A DNA stretch of 63,365 nt, counting the filler, from Basidiobolus ranarum (taxonomy: Eukaryota): assembly GCA_040143965.1 (NCBI GenBank). It is 53 parts of 53 records of this genome, joined end to end, with 100 filler letters (N's around TTAATTAATTAA, not from the genome) between each part and the next. Parts side by side here need not be neighbours in the genome. Positions count along the whole stretch, not along the records: positions 47,949 to 49,043 come from JASJQH010006461.1; positions 49,144 to 50,238 come from JASJQH010006462.1; positions 50,339 to 51,433 come from JASJQH010006463.1; positions 51,534 to 52,627 come from JASJQH010006464.1; positions 52,728 to 53,821 come from JASJQH010006465.1; positions 53,922 to 55,015 come from JASJQH010006466.1; positions 55,116 to 56,209 come from JASJQH010006467.1; positions 56,310 to 57,402 come from JASJQH010006468.1; 45 more parts are not named here. One strand, given 5' to 3'. The position numbers and the translations under genes are program-made. Within the stretch, counting starts at the first letter, position 1, and every line of letters starts with the position of its first letter. This document shows, in pieces, positions 47,949 through 59,888 of this stretch. Below the pieces are notes generated by a model. It saw only the letters and a program-made list of their open reading frames with translations. It had not been told where the DNA came from and searched no databases.

Positions 47949-49043
47949 ATCATTAGTGAAAACTTTGATGTAGACTTTACTCCAATAACAACCAAGCATA
48001 ACCTAACCATAGCCACAATTGTCAATTTGGCATGGTCTTTGGTAATGAAGTTGCATACCAGTAGTTCGGATGTTGTCTTTGGTGTTGTGAATTCCGGTAG
48101 AAATCTTCCGGTTAATGGTATTGAGAATATTTGCGGTCCTTGCTTTAACACTCTCCCTGTTCGTGTAAAACTGGATGATGATCAGACACTGCTTGATATA
48201 ATGCTGCGTATCCATAAATCACAGACTGAGCAACAGCGCTACCAGTCTATTGGTCTCCAGGATCTTCTGCAACATTGCGTTGACGCAAGAACTCATTCGC
48301 TATTTGATTCATTGTTGGTCATTCAAAATCTTCCGAATGAGGACTTTGCTTCTGGCGTCGAATCAATCGGGTTGAAGGAATTGAATACCACAATGCCTGC
48401 AAACTACCCAGTCATGGTTGAACTTGTTACTATGTCTCAGGAGCGTCAGTTGACTCTTACTTACGATAGCAACCTGATCTCTGAGGGTGATGCTCAGTGG
48501 TTGTTCAATCATATGAAGGCTGCGTTGTCAGAGATTACCAAGAATGTGCATACTTTGGTTAGCGATTTCAGTGTTATATCTGCTGAAGAAGCTGCTCTAT
48601 TGAATCGCTGGAGTGGTAATAACACCACTCATGTACAAAATACTCTTATCCATGATTTGTTTGAGAAGCAGGTAGGACTTGCACCCGATAATATAGCACT
48701 TCAATTCGAAACCTCCGAGTTTGTTACATATGGTGAGCTCAACGCCAGAGCTAATCGTTTGGCTCATCTTCTCATTGAGTTTGGTGTTGGCCCCGATTTA
48801 ATGGTACCACTTTGTATTGATAAATCTATTGATATGGTCGTGGCAATGCTGGCTGTTCTCAAGGCTGGAGGTGCATATGTTCCTCTCGATCCTCAGAATC
48901 CTATAGAGCGCAACAGGTATATTGTAAGTGAAGTCGAATCCAAGGTAGTGATTACCTTTGGCCGTTATAAGCATTACTTCGATGGAGAAAACTTGATTCT
49001 ACTTGATACCGATACGGAGCTCATAAGTCAACAATCCACCGAG
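47949..49043 (+). CDS. Nonribosomal peptide synthetase, internal fragment (end of condensation domain and start of adenylation domain)
   Basis: DVVFGVVNSGR...GPCFNTLPVR (C domain), TYGELNARANRLAH (A1), LAVLKAGGAYVPLDP (A2). Open across the whole contig with no intron. Confidence 0.95.
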
Positions 49044-49143
49044 NNNNNNNNNNNNNNNNNNNNNNNNNNNNNNNNNNNNNNNNNNNNTTAATTAATTAAN
49101 NNNNNNNNNNNNNNNNNNNNNNNNNNNNNNNNNNNNNNNNNNN

Positions 49144-50238
49144 TAGTTTGTGTGGCTTTTTGCTTGCCTTTAACTTTGGGGCTAATTTCAACACTTTGAA
49201 AAGCACTGGTTGAGGTTGGAGAGCCATGAGTTTTATTTGCTGGTGTTTTGGCTAGTTGAGAGATGCCAGGTGTGGGATAAACATCCAAATTTAGCACTCT
49301 TCCAACTGCTGTTCCAGGTTCCATAGAGAAATTAAGCTTTTTAGCCAGTTTATATGACTCTGGAAATGCAGATCTTTGTAATGGTGTGAAGAATTTGGTA
49401 AGTGAGGCAGTAGAGCCTAAACTCACTGGCTCCTTTGCTTTTCCCTTGAGCTTACTAACTTCCTGCTCCTTCAGTACTTCTTTAGCTGCTTTTCTTTCTT
49501 TTTAAAGTTGATATTTGCATACATTTTTGATATGTTTCATGAATAGGCCTATACTAGCCTATTTGCCAATTGCTTGCAAAAACCAAGGATAAGCCACATA
49601 AAATAAGTCAAGAACCTTCAAAGTAACACCTGGTTTCTAGTTTTTCCACAATTGGCTCAAATCCAGATGATTTTGGGTAGGATTCTGCACAGTTTCCAAA
49701 ATGTTAAACAACTCATCATCAGAGCAAGTGATGGCAGCTCTGACATTCAGAGTCTTTTGGTTTGCCTGTTTTCCTATGAGCTTTCTACTTTCATGAGCCC
49801 AAGCAATTTTGGGTCATTGTGTAGATTTAATGGTCCAACACATATTCTGCTCTGCTAGATTGTTATGGTGACATTCATATGTATGGTTGTGGTAATCATT
49901 AAAATCTCATATGAGAATAGATGGAGAGAGCAGCATGTGCTGTAGCTCAAGTACAGCTTTCTAAAGGTCTTGTATGATTGTTCAGTGACTCTCTAACTGT
50001 TGACTAGTAGCTTCCAAACGCTGCATTAATTGCAATATTGTGGCATTATAACTGGTCATGGCCTCTATAGCAATTTTATAGTTTACTTATGATTGCACAT
50101 AAATCATTACAGTGTTCTACCTATTATGCCTTTGATTCCCTTGTTGTAATAATTCTATCCAAATTTCTGCGGAAGGTTGTTCAATAGTGGGCAAAGTAGC
50201 CATTTTGGAAGTTGATGGTCTTGATGGTTTTTGGTTGA
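49144..50238 (-). mobile_element. CMC ORF2, degenerate
   Basis: Paralog of 6009-7109. Confidence 0.7.
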
Positions 50239-50338
50239 NNNNNNNNNNNNNNNNNNNNNNNNNNNNNNNNNNNNNNNNNNNNTTAATTAATTAANNNNNN
50301 NNNNNNNNNNNNNNNNNNNNNNNNNNNNNNNNNNNNNN

Positions 50339-51153
50339 GTATCTTCCTTGTCCAGTCTTGTCTTGTCTTGTGGTCTACACCCAAGTACTCTCCTGCCTTC
50401 TAGCCTCTTGTTGTTGTTCCCAGTCCTTGTCCAGTTCCTTATTGTGACAGGTTGACTTATATAGAAGTCATGTTCTTTGGAACATTTCATGAATCCCAAC
50501 CAATCATATCATTCCACACATAGTGTATATCTGCCAAGACCTAGTATAGAAGGTCACCTGATCATCCTTACATCATCCCTCTTCATATTGCTCCTTGTAG
50601 TCCCCAACACCCCAACATTTGAACTTGCCACAGTATATACCCTATTCTGTATATTATGCTTCACTCAGCAATTTCTATGTAAACTCCATGGATTCCTTGA
50701 TCTGTCCTCAGTCTGATCAATGCCAGTTATCAGTAAGGATTCTTGCCAAAGTATCTTCCCTATCCAGTCTTGTCTTGTTTTGTCTGGTGGTCTACACCTA
50801 AGTACTCTCCTACCTTCTAGCCTCTTGTCATTGTTTGCTGTCCTTGTCCAGTTGCTTCTTGTGACAGATATCATGTAAGCTCTTACTCAGCTTCAGCAAG
50901 AAAATCAAGAACTTTGTGCTTCTCTTGATCAAGTACAGAATCCAGCTCCACCCAACTGTCCTGCAAATCTAACTCCTAAACCTAAGATCTCCTGACCAAA
51001 TAGGTTTAATGACACTCACCAAAACTATTATGGTTTTATCAACCAAGTAAAACTCATCATCCAGTTACATCCCCATTGCTACCTCTCTGACCAAACAAAT
51101 GTGGGCCTGGCAGGAACACTATTATTAGGAACAGCTCTATCTTGGTTTGCATA
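50339..51153 (+). mobile_element. Gypsy-type LTR 3' end nested in a second LTR (ends 50449 and 50866), then a gypsy gag fragment
   Basis: Two ...TTGTGACA ends 417 bp apart. PKIS*PNRFND...GFINQVKL...LLLGTALSWF is Retrotrans_gag-like. Confidence 0.75.
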
Positions 51154-51249
51154 AATAGGACACATTTAATTCAATAAAACTTGAAAGTCTAATTCCCAAA
51201 TCAAAATCTTGTCCAAAACACTTTACAAGTGCTCTAAGCACTTTTGTCA

Positions 51250-51433
51250 GGTTACAAGCCCCAAGCTAGCTGTTAAAGGAAAGTCTACCAGTACTATTAC
51301 CAATATTTTTAAATCCACAGAGATATTTGATGGTGAAGACTTTCACCTTTGAAAGTTCAAGATGCCAGTGGTGCTAGAAGACAAGGATCTATGGGGATTT
51401 GTTACATGAGACAAAATAGAACTAAAGGGCCCA
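51250..51433 (+). mobile_element. Copia PBS (GGTTACAAGCCCCA) and gag start
   Basis: FDGEDFHL*KFKMPVVLEDKDLWGFV. Confidence 0.75.
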
Positions 51434-52727
51434 NNNNNNNNNNNNNNNNNNNNNNNNNNNNNNNNNNNNNNNNNNNNTTAATTAATTAANNNNNNNNNNN
51501 NNNNNNNNNNNNNNNNNNNNNNNNNNNNNNNNNTACAATCAGATATATCAAACATTTAACATTAACAAGATTAACCTATGGATCACTTATATACCTAAGT
51601 GAGGCTACGGCCAGAATATATTCGAGACTTTGAATATTTTCAGGAAAATTATTGTATTATGGGGAACTCAAATTTAATAAAAATCATATAAATGTGATAT
51701 TCTTGATGATCCTATTTGAACCATGGTATGCACTTCCTAGAATATACTTTTCCATTGATACTCCAATAGCCTACATTTGATGGTATTTGCCATATTTTCT
51801 TTTCAAGCATCATAATTCTATAAACCCATATGCAATCATCCTGTAATGCTTGTCCTAAAACATACAATTATCCTGCAACTTATGCCATGTGGCTTTCTCA
51901 GTAAGAGTATATAATCTTGACAATTTGATTGGTGTGAATGGGTTTGGGTTATAAAATGCTACTCTTTTAGTAACAGTGAAAAAAGAGCTTTTGATTGATC
52001 AAAGTGGGTTAACAATTGGCTGATTCCAGTAAGTGCACACTTTTCCCAGAACCTCTCTTATTACTTACACTATCCTCACTATTAGGGGGGAGACAGTCAC
52101 CAAAAGGTGCAATTCTTATTTCAAACAAAACAAAGAAGCCATAACTACTTTTGTAGTTTCTTAACTAATGTATGGAGATCAGGAGTATTTGTATGAATGT
52201 TGCAAAGCAGAAAAGTTAAGTCAGTAGAATCTAAGACACTGTTAAGTGGAGTGGGAGGGAGTAACAAAGGTAAAAATGGTTTGTCAACAATGGAAATTAG
52301 TGGAATGAGACTAGGATTAACATAAAGCATAAAGGGAGTATGTTTCTGAAGATATTGCTGCCAAAGGTCCACCAAGTATTCCTTGTAGGCAAGGGAGGGC
52401 TTCTCAGCTTGTTCTATAAAGGAAGCAAATTTTCTGACTTCATGATCTCCTAGCAGTATTCTCCAGCAAGAAGAAGAATTAGTCAAGTGGGAGCTTCTCC
52501 AGGACTTAATCAGAGGGTTCTGACTCTTGCAAATTCTGATGAACAGTCTAGTCTTGAGGTAGAGAATTCTAAGACTATATGGAAGTAAACCAAAAGCCCC
52601 AAGAATGGCATGTCTGCAAGGGCACTCNNNNNNNNNNNNNNNNNNNNNNNNNNNNNNNNNNNNNNNNNNNNTTAATTAATTAANNNNNNNNNNNNNNNNN
52701 NNNNNNNNNNNNNNNNNNNNNNNNNNN

Positions 52728-53110
52728 CTTGTATAGCTGCGTCATTCCAGAATCTCATATAATAGTTTGTTCTCCTTGGTTTAGTACTTGTAGTGAATTT
52801 TGAGACAGGATTATTACTTGTTGGTTTTCTGCTAGCAATATTCACCACAGGGATTGGTAATGATTTGAGCTTTGTCATATATTCATTGGTGGCTGATCTT
52901 TTAGACCTTGTCCCAGATGTGATATTTTCTAAACCTGGATAATGTTGATAGATAGTTTCAGATTCCAAATTTGACCTAATTCCAGTATCTATTTCCAATG
53001 TATCATTTTCCAAGTTGGTTTCAGTACTTGTTAGCTCAAGATTGGTTTCAGAACTTGTTAACTCAGTATTAGAGTTATTGACAAATTGATTTTCAGCCAA
53101 AATCAAATTC
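52728..53110 (-). mobile_element. Copia integrase-RT linker fragment
   Basis: Paralog of 34790-34985, which follows a copia integrase. Confidence 0.7.
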
Positions 53111-53179
53111 CATGGGTGATGACAGCACATTGTATGCCATTGGAATGGGAACAATTCAGTTAATTTTACTGGAGCTTCT

Positions 53180-53821
53180 GAAGAAAAAGTGTACAATTTC
53201 AAAGATGTGTTACATGTTCCGGATATCACCAAGATTTTAATATTTGTATGCAAGGCCACCTCAGAAGGGCTAAAATTCAATTTTGATAAGTCAGGATGCA
53301 CTATTACCAATCATAATGAGAATTATTTAGCTTTGGGAGAAAAGGATCAGAATTTATACAAACTTACATATAATCCAAGAGGTTTATGTGTAAATATAAG
53401 TTATTCCAATCAAGAAACTATTCAACTATGGCATAAGAGATTTGGCCATAATGGATTTGATCATTTGACCATAATGATCAAAAATTGCCTAATTTCTGGA
53501 ATTCAAATTAACCCCTCAACTAAAATGGAAATTTGTGAGGGTTGTATATATGGAAAACAAGCCAGGCAACCATTCAAGAGCTCTGGTTTAATCAATTCTG
53601 TCTAAAAATTGGATCCAATTCATTTAGATTTGTGTTGACCTTTGCAAAATTTATCTTTAGCCAGAAAAAGATATTTAATCACATTTATTGATGATTATAC
53701 AAGATGCACTTGGGTCTACTTTATGGAAAGAAAAGAAGAAGCTCTCTATCTTTAGAGATTTTAAAGCACTTGTGGAGACTGAAACTGGAACTAAAATCAA
53801 GAAAATACATACTGATAATGG
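53180..53821 (+). mobile_element. Ty1/copia protease end, GAG-pre-integrase and integrase start
   Basis: DVLHVPDITK, LWHKRFGH, CEGCIYGKQ, TFIDDYTR. Confidence 0.9.
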
Positions 53822-54008
53822 NNNNNNNNNNNNNNNNNNNNNNNNNNNNNNNNNNNNNNNNNNNNTTAATTAATTAANNNNNNNNNNNNNNNNNNNNNNN
53901 NNNNNNNNNNNNNNNNNNNNNGAATTAGATACGGAAAGAAGTGTAATTAAGGATATACGTATTGGTCATTTGCAAACATATGTACTATAAGAATAAAATG
54001 ATATTTAC

Positions 54009-54302
54009 CTGTTAATCACATTCTAAGCGATGTTTGGAAGTTATGAAATAATGAATCCACAGATATGCATGTTACCGTAGCTGAATTGAAAACACCCACA
54101 GCCGTCACATTGGTTTACATGATCCATCAACTTTACTCCTCAAGGGTAAAGGCATGAAAGAACTTGGCTAGTCCAGGAAGAGTGGTGTTGTCTCTATCAC
54201 AGTGAGCGGCGAGAGAAGCAAGAGCGCAAGAAGTAGTTAAATCAGTGTTGATTTAGCTATTGATACTCTCGTGCGGTTTTACTTGACAAGGTCTATACTC
54301 AT
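54009..54302 (-). pseudogene. Ferritin pseudogene (not in ORF track)
   Basis: Manual translation MSIDLVK*N.. / ESINS*INTDLTTSCALASLAAHCDRDNTTLPGLAKFFHAFTLEE / KLMDHVNQ aligns with ferritin AINRQIN...FDRDDVAL..FAKFF...EE...KLM..QN. Confidence 0.75.
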
Positions 54303-55115
54303 CGATATTTCTACCACATTGAGATAAAAATTATCTATACCGTAATTATGGCTTGAAAATACAATAGATTGGTAGATTGATTCTTGACTTAAATGAGGTA
54401 TACAATATTCAAAGAATTACCAACATAACACTACTAGTATATTCTATAATCAAAGTGGACCGCCTTACCAGTAATTGGTTCTTCTCTCCTTGAAAAAACT
54501 TGCTGTGAATATAATATTTCCGCTGTAAAGCAATAGACAAACAATTGCATCATTTTTACTACCTGATCTTGCTACGAATCCGATTGGACAAAGGAATGCG
54601 AGTGTGACGTGAGCATGAGAGATCTAATCCCTGACCTTACCCACATGATGATTTGTTGTCGCGTAGAGCTTAATCTTTACTGTAATAATATATATATGCT
54701 CAGTGTGCTAGGATGGAGACCATATATGATCAATCATGCTTCCTTCGCTGGACAAATACTTTCAAAGATGACCCAAGTTAGGGTTAGATGAATATTTTGC
54801 GGGGCACCAGCTTGTGTTATAACAATCCTTCTCTAGTGTGGCTAATAATCAATTTCATTGGTTTTTTTAAATGCCCCATCTAGAAATGACATTAAATGGG
54901 CATAAAGTTTATAGAAATTAATAGTTTTTATTGTTATTGTACATTGTTGTTGAGGTTCTTAAATAAATACTTTGATACTCGTATTACTAATTATGCTTCG
55001 CCTTGTGTTTAATTTNNNNNNNNNNNNNNNNNNNNNNNNNNNNNNNNNNNNNNNNNNNNTTAATTAATTAANNNNNNNNNNNNNNNNNNNNNNNNNNNNN
55101 NNNNNNNNNNNNNNN

Positions 55116-55234
55116 TAAAGTTTATTAAGGGCTTCGGAATACCTACACTGGTTGTCGGTGGGGGTGGGTATACCGTTAGAAATGTGGCCCGATGCTGGAC
55201 TTACGAGACTTCGATCATTGTGGATGGACTGTAA
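55116..55234 (+). CDS. Class I (Rpd3-family) histone deacetylase fragment
   Basis: [32 protein letters not shown], followed by either a GTAAG donor (55231) or an in-frame TAA. Confidence 0.85.
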
Positions 55235-56110
55235 GAGTCTTCTTTGGTGTATAGTAGCTGTAAGGCTTCAAGTCGTGTGAATGGGGAATACCAATAATAC
55301 TTTGGATATTTCACATCTGCCATGCACTCACAACAAGCTTGAAGATTGCTCCTCCCCATTTGGGAAACTCAGCTGGGGTTATAATGAACTGTCATACGAT
55401 TGTTGGTCTCGGCCACACTTGAGCTCTTGTCCTCTCGCTTGACATCAATATACGAAACTAATGAAAATCCAATCTGAGACTAATGTAAGCTCCAAGTCAT
55501 TCCAAGTACTGAATGCAACTTGAATTTAAACCGAGTTTTCCTCCATAGGAATGCTCCATGTCACGTTACATCCACCTCATCACTTCGATTCTAGGTATAT
55601 TTCCAATTGATTAGGGAAACACCTGTTAGCAACACCTGTAGCCAATTTGCCGTATATCAGGTGTGAACTTGTATTTGCTCTGAGAACTTCTCACTGATTG
55701 GGAAACTCAGCTGTGACTACGATTTCATTGACAAACAACCATTGCTTTATACAATTTCGACCACCATGGACAATAGGATGCTGGTTAATTCTAGGAGTTG
55801 TACTCGCTTCATTAAGAATATCTTGTATCAGTCCAATGTCGTTTGTATCAATTCTTTAATTTGAATAACCATCAACTTTACTCATAACGGCGACTGGGTA
55901 GCACAAAGTTGTTACCATTTCACGAAATAGCGTCAATTAATACATATAAGGAACGGTCAGCTGCAAATATGGTGAAGCAAAGGCAGACACAAAGTTGCCC
56001 TAAATTGACATTATAAATACCCACCACAACGCTACCTGTAATAGTATCAAGAGTTCTCCGCATATCTCTCCCTAATTATATCCTCTTTGAACTAAAGTTC
56101 TTTGACTATT

Positions 56111-56209
56111 ATGCGATTCAATTCCCCAATGGCCCAGGTTGTCCTGGTAGGCCTCGCTTGTTTCTGCTGCCCAGGTATGTACAACGTTATTACCGCTCTC
56201 GGTGCCGGT
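56111..56209 (+). CDS. UNC-93-like MFS membrane protein, 5' end
   Basis: MRFNSPMAQVVLVGLACFCCPGMYNVITALGAG matches the fungal FCCPGM(F/Y)N signature. TATAAATA near 56012. Confidence 0.8.
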
Positions 56210-57205
56210 NNNNNNNNNNNNNNNNNNNNNNNNNNNNNNNNNNNNNNNNNNNNTTAATTAATTAANNNNNNNNNNNNNNNNNNNNNNNNNNNNNNNNNNN
56301 NNNNNNNNNGATAGTACTTCTAATTATACTAAATACACCCAACTCATGTCTAATATATCCGAATTCAGATTGTTGCAACCAAATTGTTAACCATGCTAAA
56401 GCAGAACCAATCCCTTATATTTTATTAAGTGATATCAATATGATCCTAACATAAGATGGGGCCCCTCTCAATAGATACTGCGGCGCTCACGATTTCACAA
56501 TGCTCCATGCATTACTCGATCAGCAAACCAGCTGAAATCATTGGGGTGTCTTACTTCCGACAGCGTGAGTGAAAACAATGTAGATTGTTAAGCGTAGAGT
56601 TCAATTGAAGTCGCTGCAAAAGAACATGTTGGCCATTCATAGGTTTATAGAGTTAATATTTGGGATTGGTAATTCTGCTCGAAATCCTTATAGTAGACTC
56701 CATCTGGTACCATCTTTCTGGCCTTACAATGTAATGAGACCAGAATGAACAGCTAGTAACTATATCTCGGACTGGTCTTCTTAACACAACAATATACCGA
56801 ATGGGCCAAGTTCCTCAAAAAAAACTCCTGTTAATTTCCAACACTGTGCTGAAATATCTACCCTGATGCTTACGATATATAGTTGGCTATATAAAGATTA
56901 CTTCATTCCAAACTTATATTTTACTTGCAGTAACTGAACTTTTCCAATCAGTCAGAGAATGTATGTATAATAGCAAAATCCAGCCAAGATACTCTTCCAT
57001 TGAATAATTGGCATTGCGAAGCACGATTGTCTCGAGATAGCTTTAAGAGTTCAAAGGGCCACTGATACATTACACATTATTTCATCAGAAAAGTGATAAA
57101 TATAAATGTACTGGGGTGACAGAATCGGACAAGTGTTTGGAATCATTAGTAGAAATATGTAATTTGCACTTGTTTTATTGAATTTGGTACCATATTATGG
57201 GCTTA

Positions 57206-57402
57206 TGTTGCAGTATTTTGGGAGTTTGTTGGAAAAGGTTTGGAAAACTAGAAGAATTGGTGGTTTTCATTTATTGATTTATTGAGTATTCAGTTGACAT
57301 TTATAGTTTTGTCAAGATATAAGCAAACTAACGTGTAGAATGTGTTAAGGAAGGTCCCAGGAACATGTGTGCAAAGTTTGGGGCTTCTAGCACAAGTCTA
57401 AA
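57206..57402 (-). repeat. Copia LTR family 1, 3' half
   Basis: Homologous to 2445-2640. Confidence 0.8.
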
Positions 57403-57502
57403 NNNNNNNNNNNNNNNNNNNNNNNNNNNNNNNNNNNNNNNNNNNNTTAATTAATTAANNNNNNNNNNNNNNNNNNNNNNNNNNNNNNNNNNNNNNNNNN
57501 NN

Positions 57503-58595
57503 CTTAATTAACTTCTGATTTTTGGTATCAAACAGTCTGTAGGCCTTGGATACATCACAGTAACCAAGAAATACGCATTTTCTGCTTTTGGGTTCCAATT
57601 TTGGGCGTTTTTGAGCTGGAATTAGGCAATATGCTATGCAACCAAAGATCCTGAGATGATCCACACTTGGTTTTGATCCATATAGGGCTTCAAATGGAGT
57701 AGAATTTCGTAGCAATCTTGTTGGGCATCTGTTTTTGATATAGACTGCAGTGGAGACAGATTCAGCCCAATATTGGTAATCTAACTTTTGATCATGTAAC
57801 ATTGATCTTGCCATCTCCACTATGGTTCTATTAGCACGTTCTGCAACTCCATTTTGCTGTGGAGTATAAGGTACAGTAGTTTGTTGCTTAATTCCATGTT
57901 TAGAGCAAAAACTAGTAAAGTCTTTAGAGCAGTATTCTCCACCATTATCACTCCTTAGTACCCTTATTTTTTGTGCTGATTCTTTCTCTACCATTGCTTT
58001 GTAGTGCTTGAACGTAGCTAAGGCTTCAGATTTTGATTTGAGAAAGAATACCCAAGTATATCTTGTTTTGTCATCAATAAAGGTCATAAAGTACCTTTTC
58101 CCACCCAGTGAGACGTTTTTCATGGGCCCACATAGGTCAGAATGAATCAGGGAAAAATTCTGAGTGGATTTGATCTCTCCAGAGCTTGAAAACGGCTGTC
58201 TGTGATGTTTTCCATATATGCAACCTTCACACAGATCCAATTTGGTGATATTTCCAATTTGCAAGCCTGAAACAAGCTGATTGTGGATCATTTGGGTCAG
58301 TTTTTGTTCCCCATTATGGCCTAATCTTCTATGCCATGTTTGACAACTTATTTCACCAGTTTTGGCCAGGTTTGCATGCTCAGAATGCAATTTGTTGACT
58401 TCTAGCTTGTATAAGTTTTGAGTTTTGATCCCAGTAGCTAATTTGGTATTATTCTGATCTGTGATAGTGCATCCAGCCTTACTGAACATGAAATTTAATC
58501 CCTGAGTTGTAGCTTGGCTTACTGAGAGTAGATTCTTGGCTATATTTGGTACATAGAGTACATCATCTAATTTTGCAGATGGTGTAGCTGAATTT
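57503..58595 (-). mobile_element. Ty1/copia pol (GAG-pre-integrase and integrase), uninterrupted
   Basis: Open across the whole contig. WHRRLGH, CEGC, HSDLCGP, RSDNGGEY and NGVAERANR are all intact. Confidence 0.95.
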
Positions 58596-58695
58596 NNNNN
58601 NNNNNNNNNNNNNNNNNNNNNNNNNNNNNNNNNNNNNNNTTAATTAATTAANNNNNNNNNNNNNNNNNNNNNNNNNNNNNNNNNNNNNNNNNNNN

Positions 58696-59788
58696 GATTA
58701 CAATATCTTCACTTGCAGTATTGCTCGAAAGGAACACATCAGGTAAATTGATAAATGCTTCATTATCACTCAAGTTAGTTTCCAGCATGGTAATGCCTAT
58801 CAGAGTGGATAGTGGAATGCTACACTCCTCATCAATTAAGTCCTCTGTTCTTGCTAGTTTTATTCCTGTCATGCCAGCAGGCTCTAGCTTGTGAACATAA
58901 GTAAAAACTACAAAGTGGCTATATAGGACATGACAAGCAACAATGCCGCAATATTGCAATTAATGCAGCATTTGGAAGCAATGTCTAATCAGTCAAGTAT
59001 GTGCATATGTAGAGACTAAACACAATGAGATTCTTGTATTTTTTTTTTTATGATTCTCATTATGGCTCAAATAAAAAGCGTAAAATATATAAATAAAGGC
59101 ATGCATATTAATTCAAATTCCTACAGCAGTAAACCTAGTAATTTGCCATTTGAAAATTAAATTTTTTCAACAATTCCGGATATTGAATAATGCATGCCAA
59201 ATTCGAGGGACAATACTTTAACATGTACAAATACCATCAAAATACCATCAAGAAATCACTGTCACACCATCAAAATCCCTGACAGAATGCAAGCCACCAA
59301 TATTGTGATGGTTCTCTGACGGTTTTGCTAATTTTGAGGGTGGAACCAATCCGGATCAAATCAATTTCATTTTTGTTAGTGAAGTCTACCGCAAGATAGA
59401 GAATTGTGCCTGCAAAATCCTCCAAGTTTACTCATGGCAGGAGTGTCACCAATATATATAATGATATTAGTTTTAATAAAATATTCACCCATCTGAACCC
59501 CATTAGAGAACTGTTCAACTTTCACCATCTATGGCTCCAACAAGCTATCTATAAGCACTGGTGATTTGGAACCAGATATGATAGATAGTATCAAAATATT
59601 GTGACTCTTGTACCATTCATAAGGAGGAAGATTTAAGTGGATTAAAATTATTGGCCAGCAAGCCTTTCCAACAATATATTGGTTTAATGAGAAACCATCC
59701 AGGGCCAATGCAAATGCATGATCATAAGTGTTCTCAAAGAAACCTTGACTTTTCAGATTCTGGTAGTGATATCCATCAAGTATATCAG
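58696..59788. mobile_element. CMC mosaic: ORF2 pieces, right end (plus, ending 59381 as TAGTG = CACTA), transposase core (minus)
   Basis: Homology to other CMC copies. Confidence 0.78.
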
Positions 59789-59888
59789 NNNNNNNNNNNN
59801 NNNNNNNNNNNNNNNNNNNNNNNNNNNNNNNNTTAATTAATTAANNNNNNNNNNNNNNNNNNNNNNNNNNNNNNNNNNNNNNNNNNNN

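Noticed and set aside
52145..52627. Possible LINE C-terminal region (also 24009-24332)
   Set aside because: CpG-poor and TE-like, but I recognised no diagnostic motif, so it is left uncalled.
47949..56209. Iron/secondary-metabolite gene cluster (NRPS, ferritin, MFS transporter, HDAC)
   Set aside because: The genes are on separate contigs ordered only by length, so their proximity is artificial. Only HDAC and UNC-93 share a contig.
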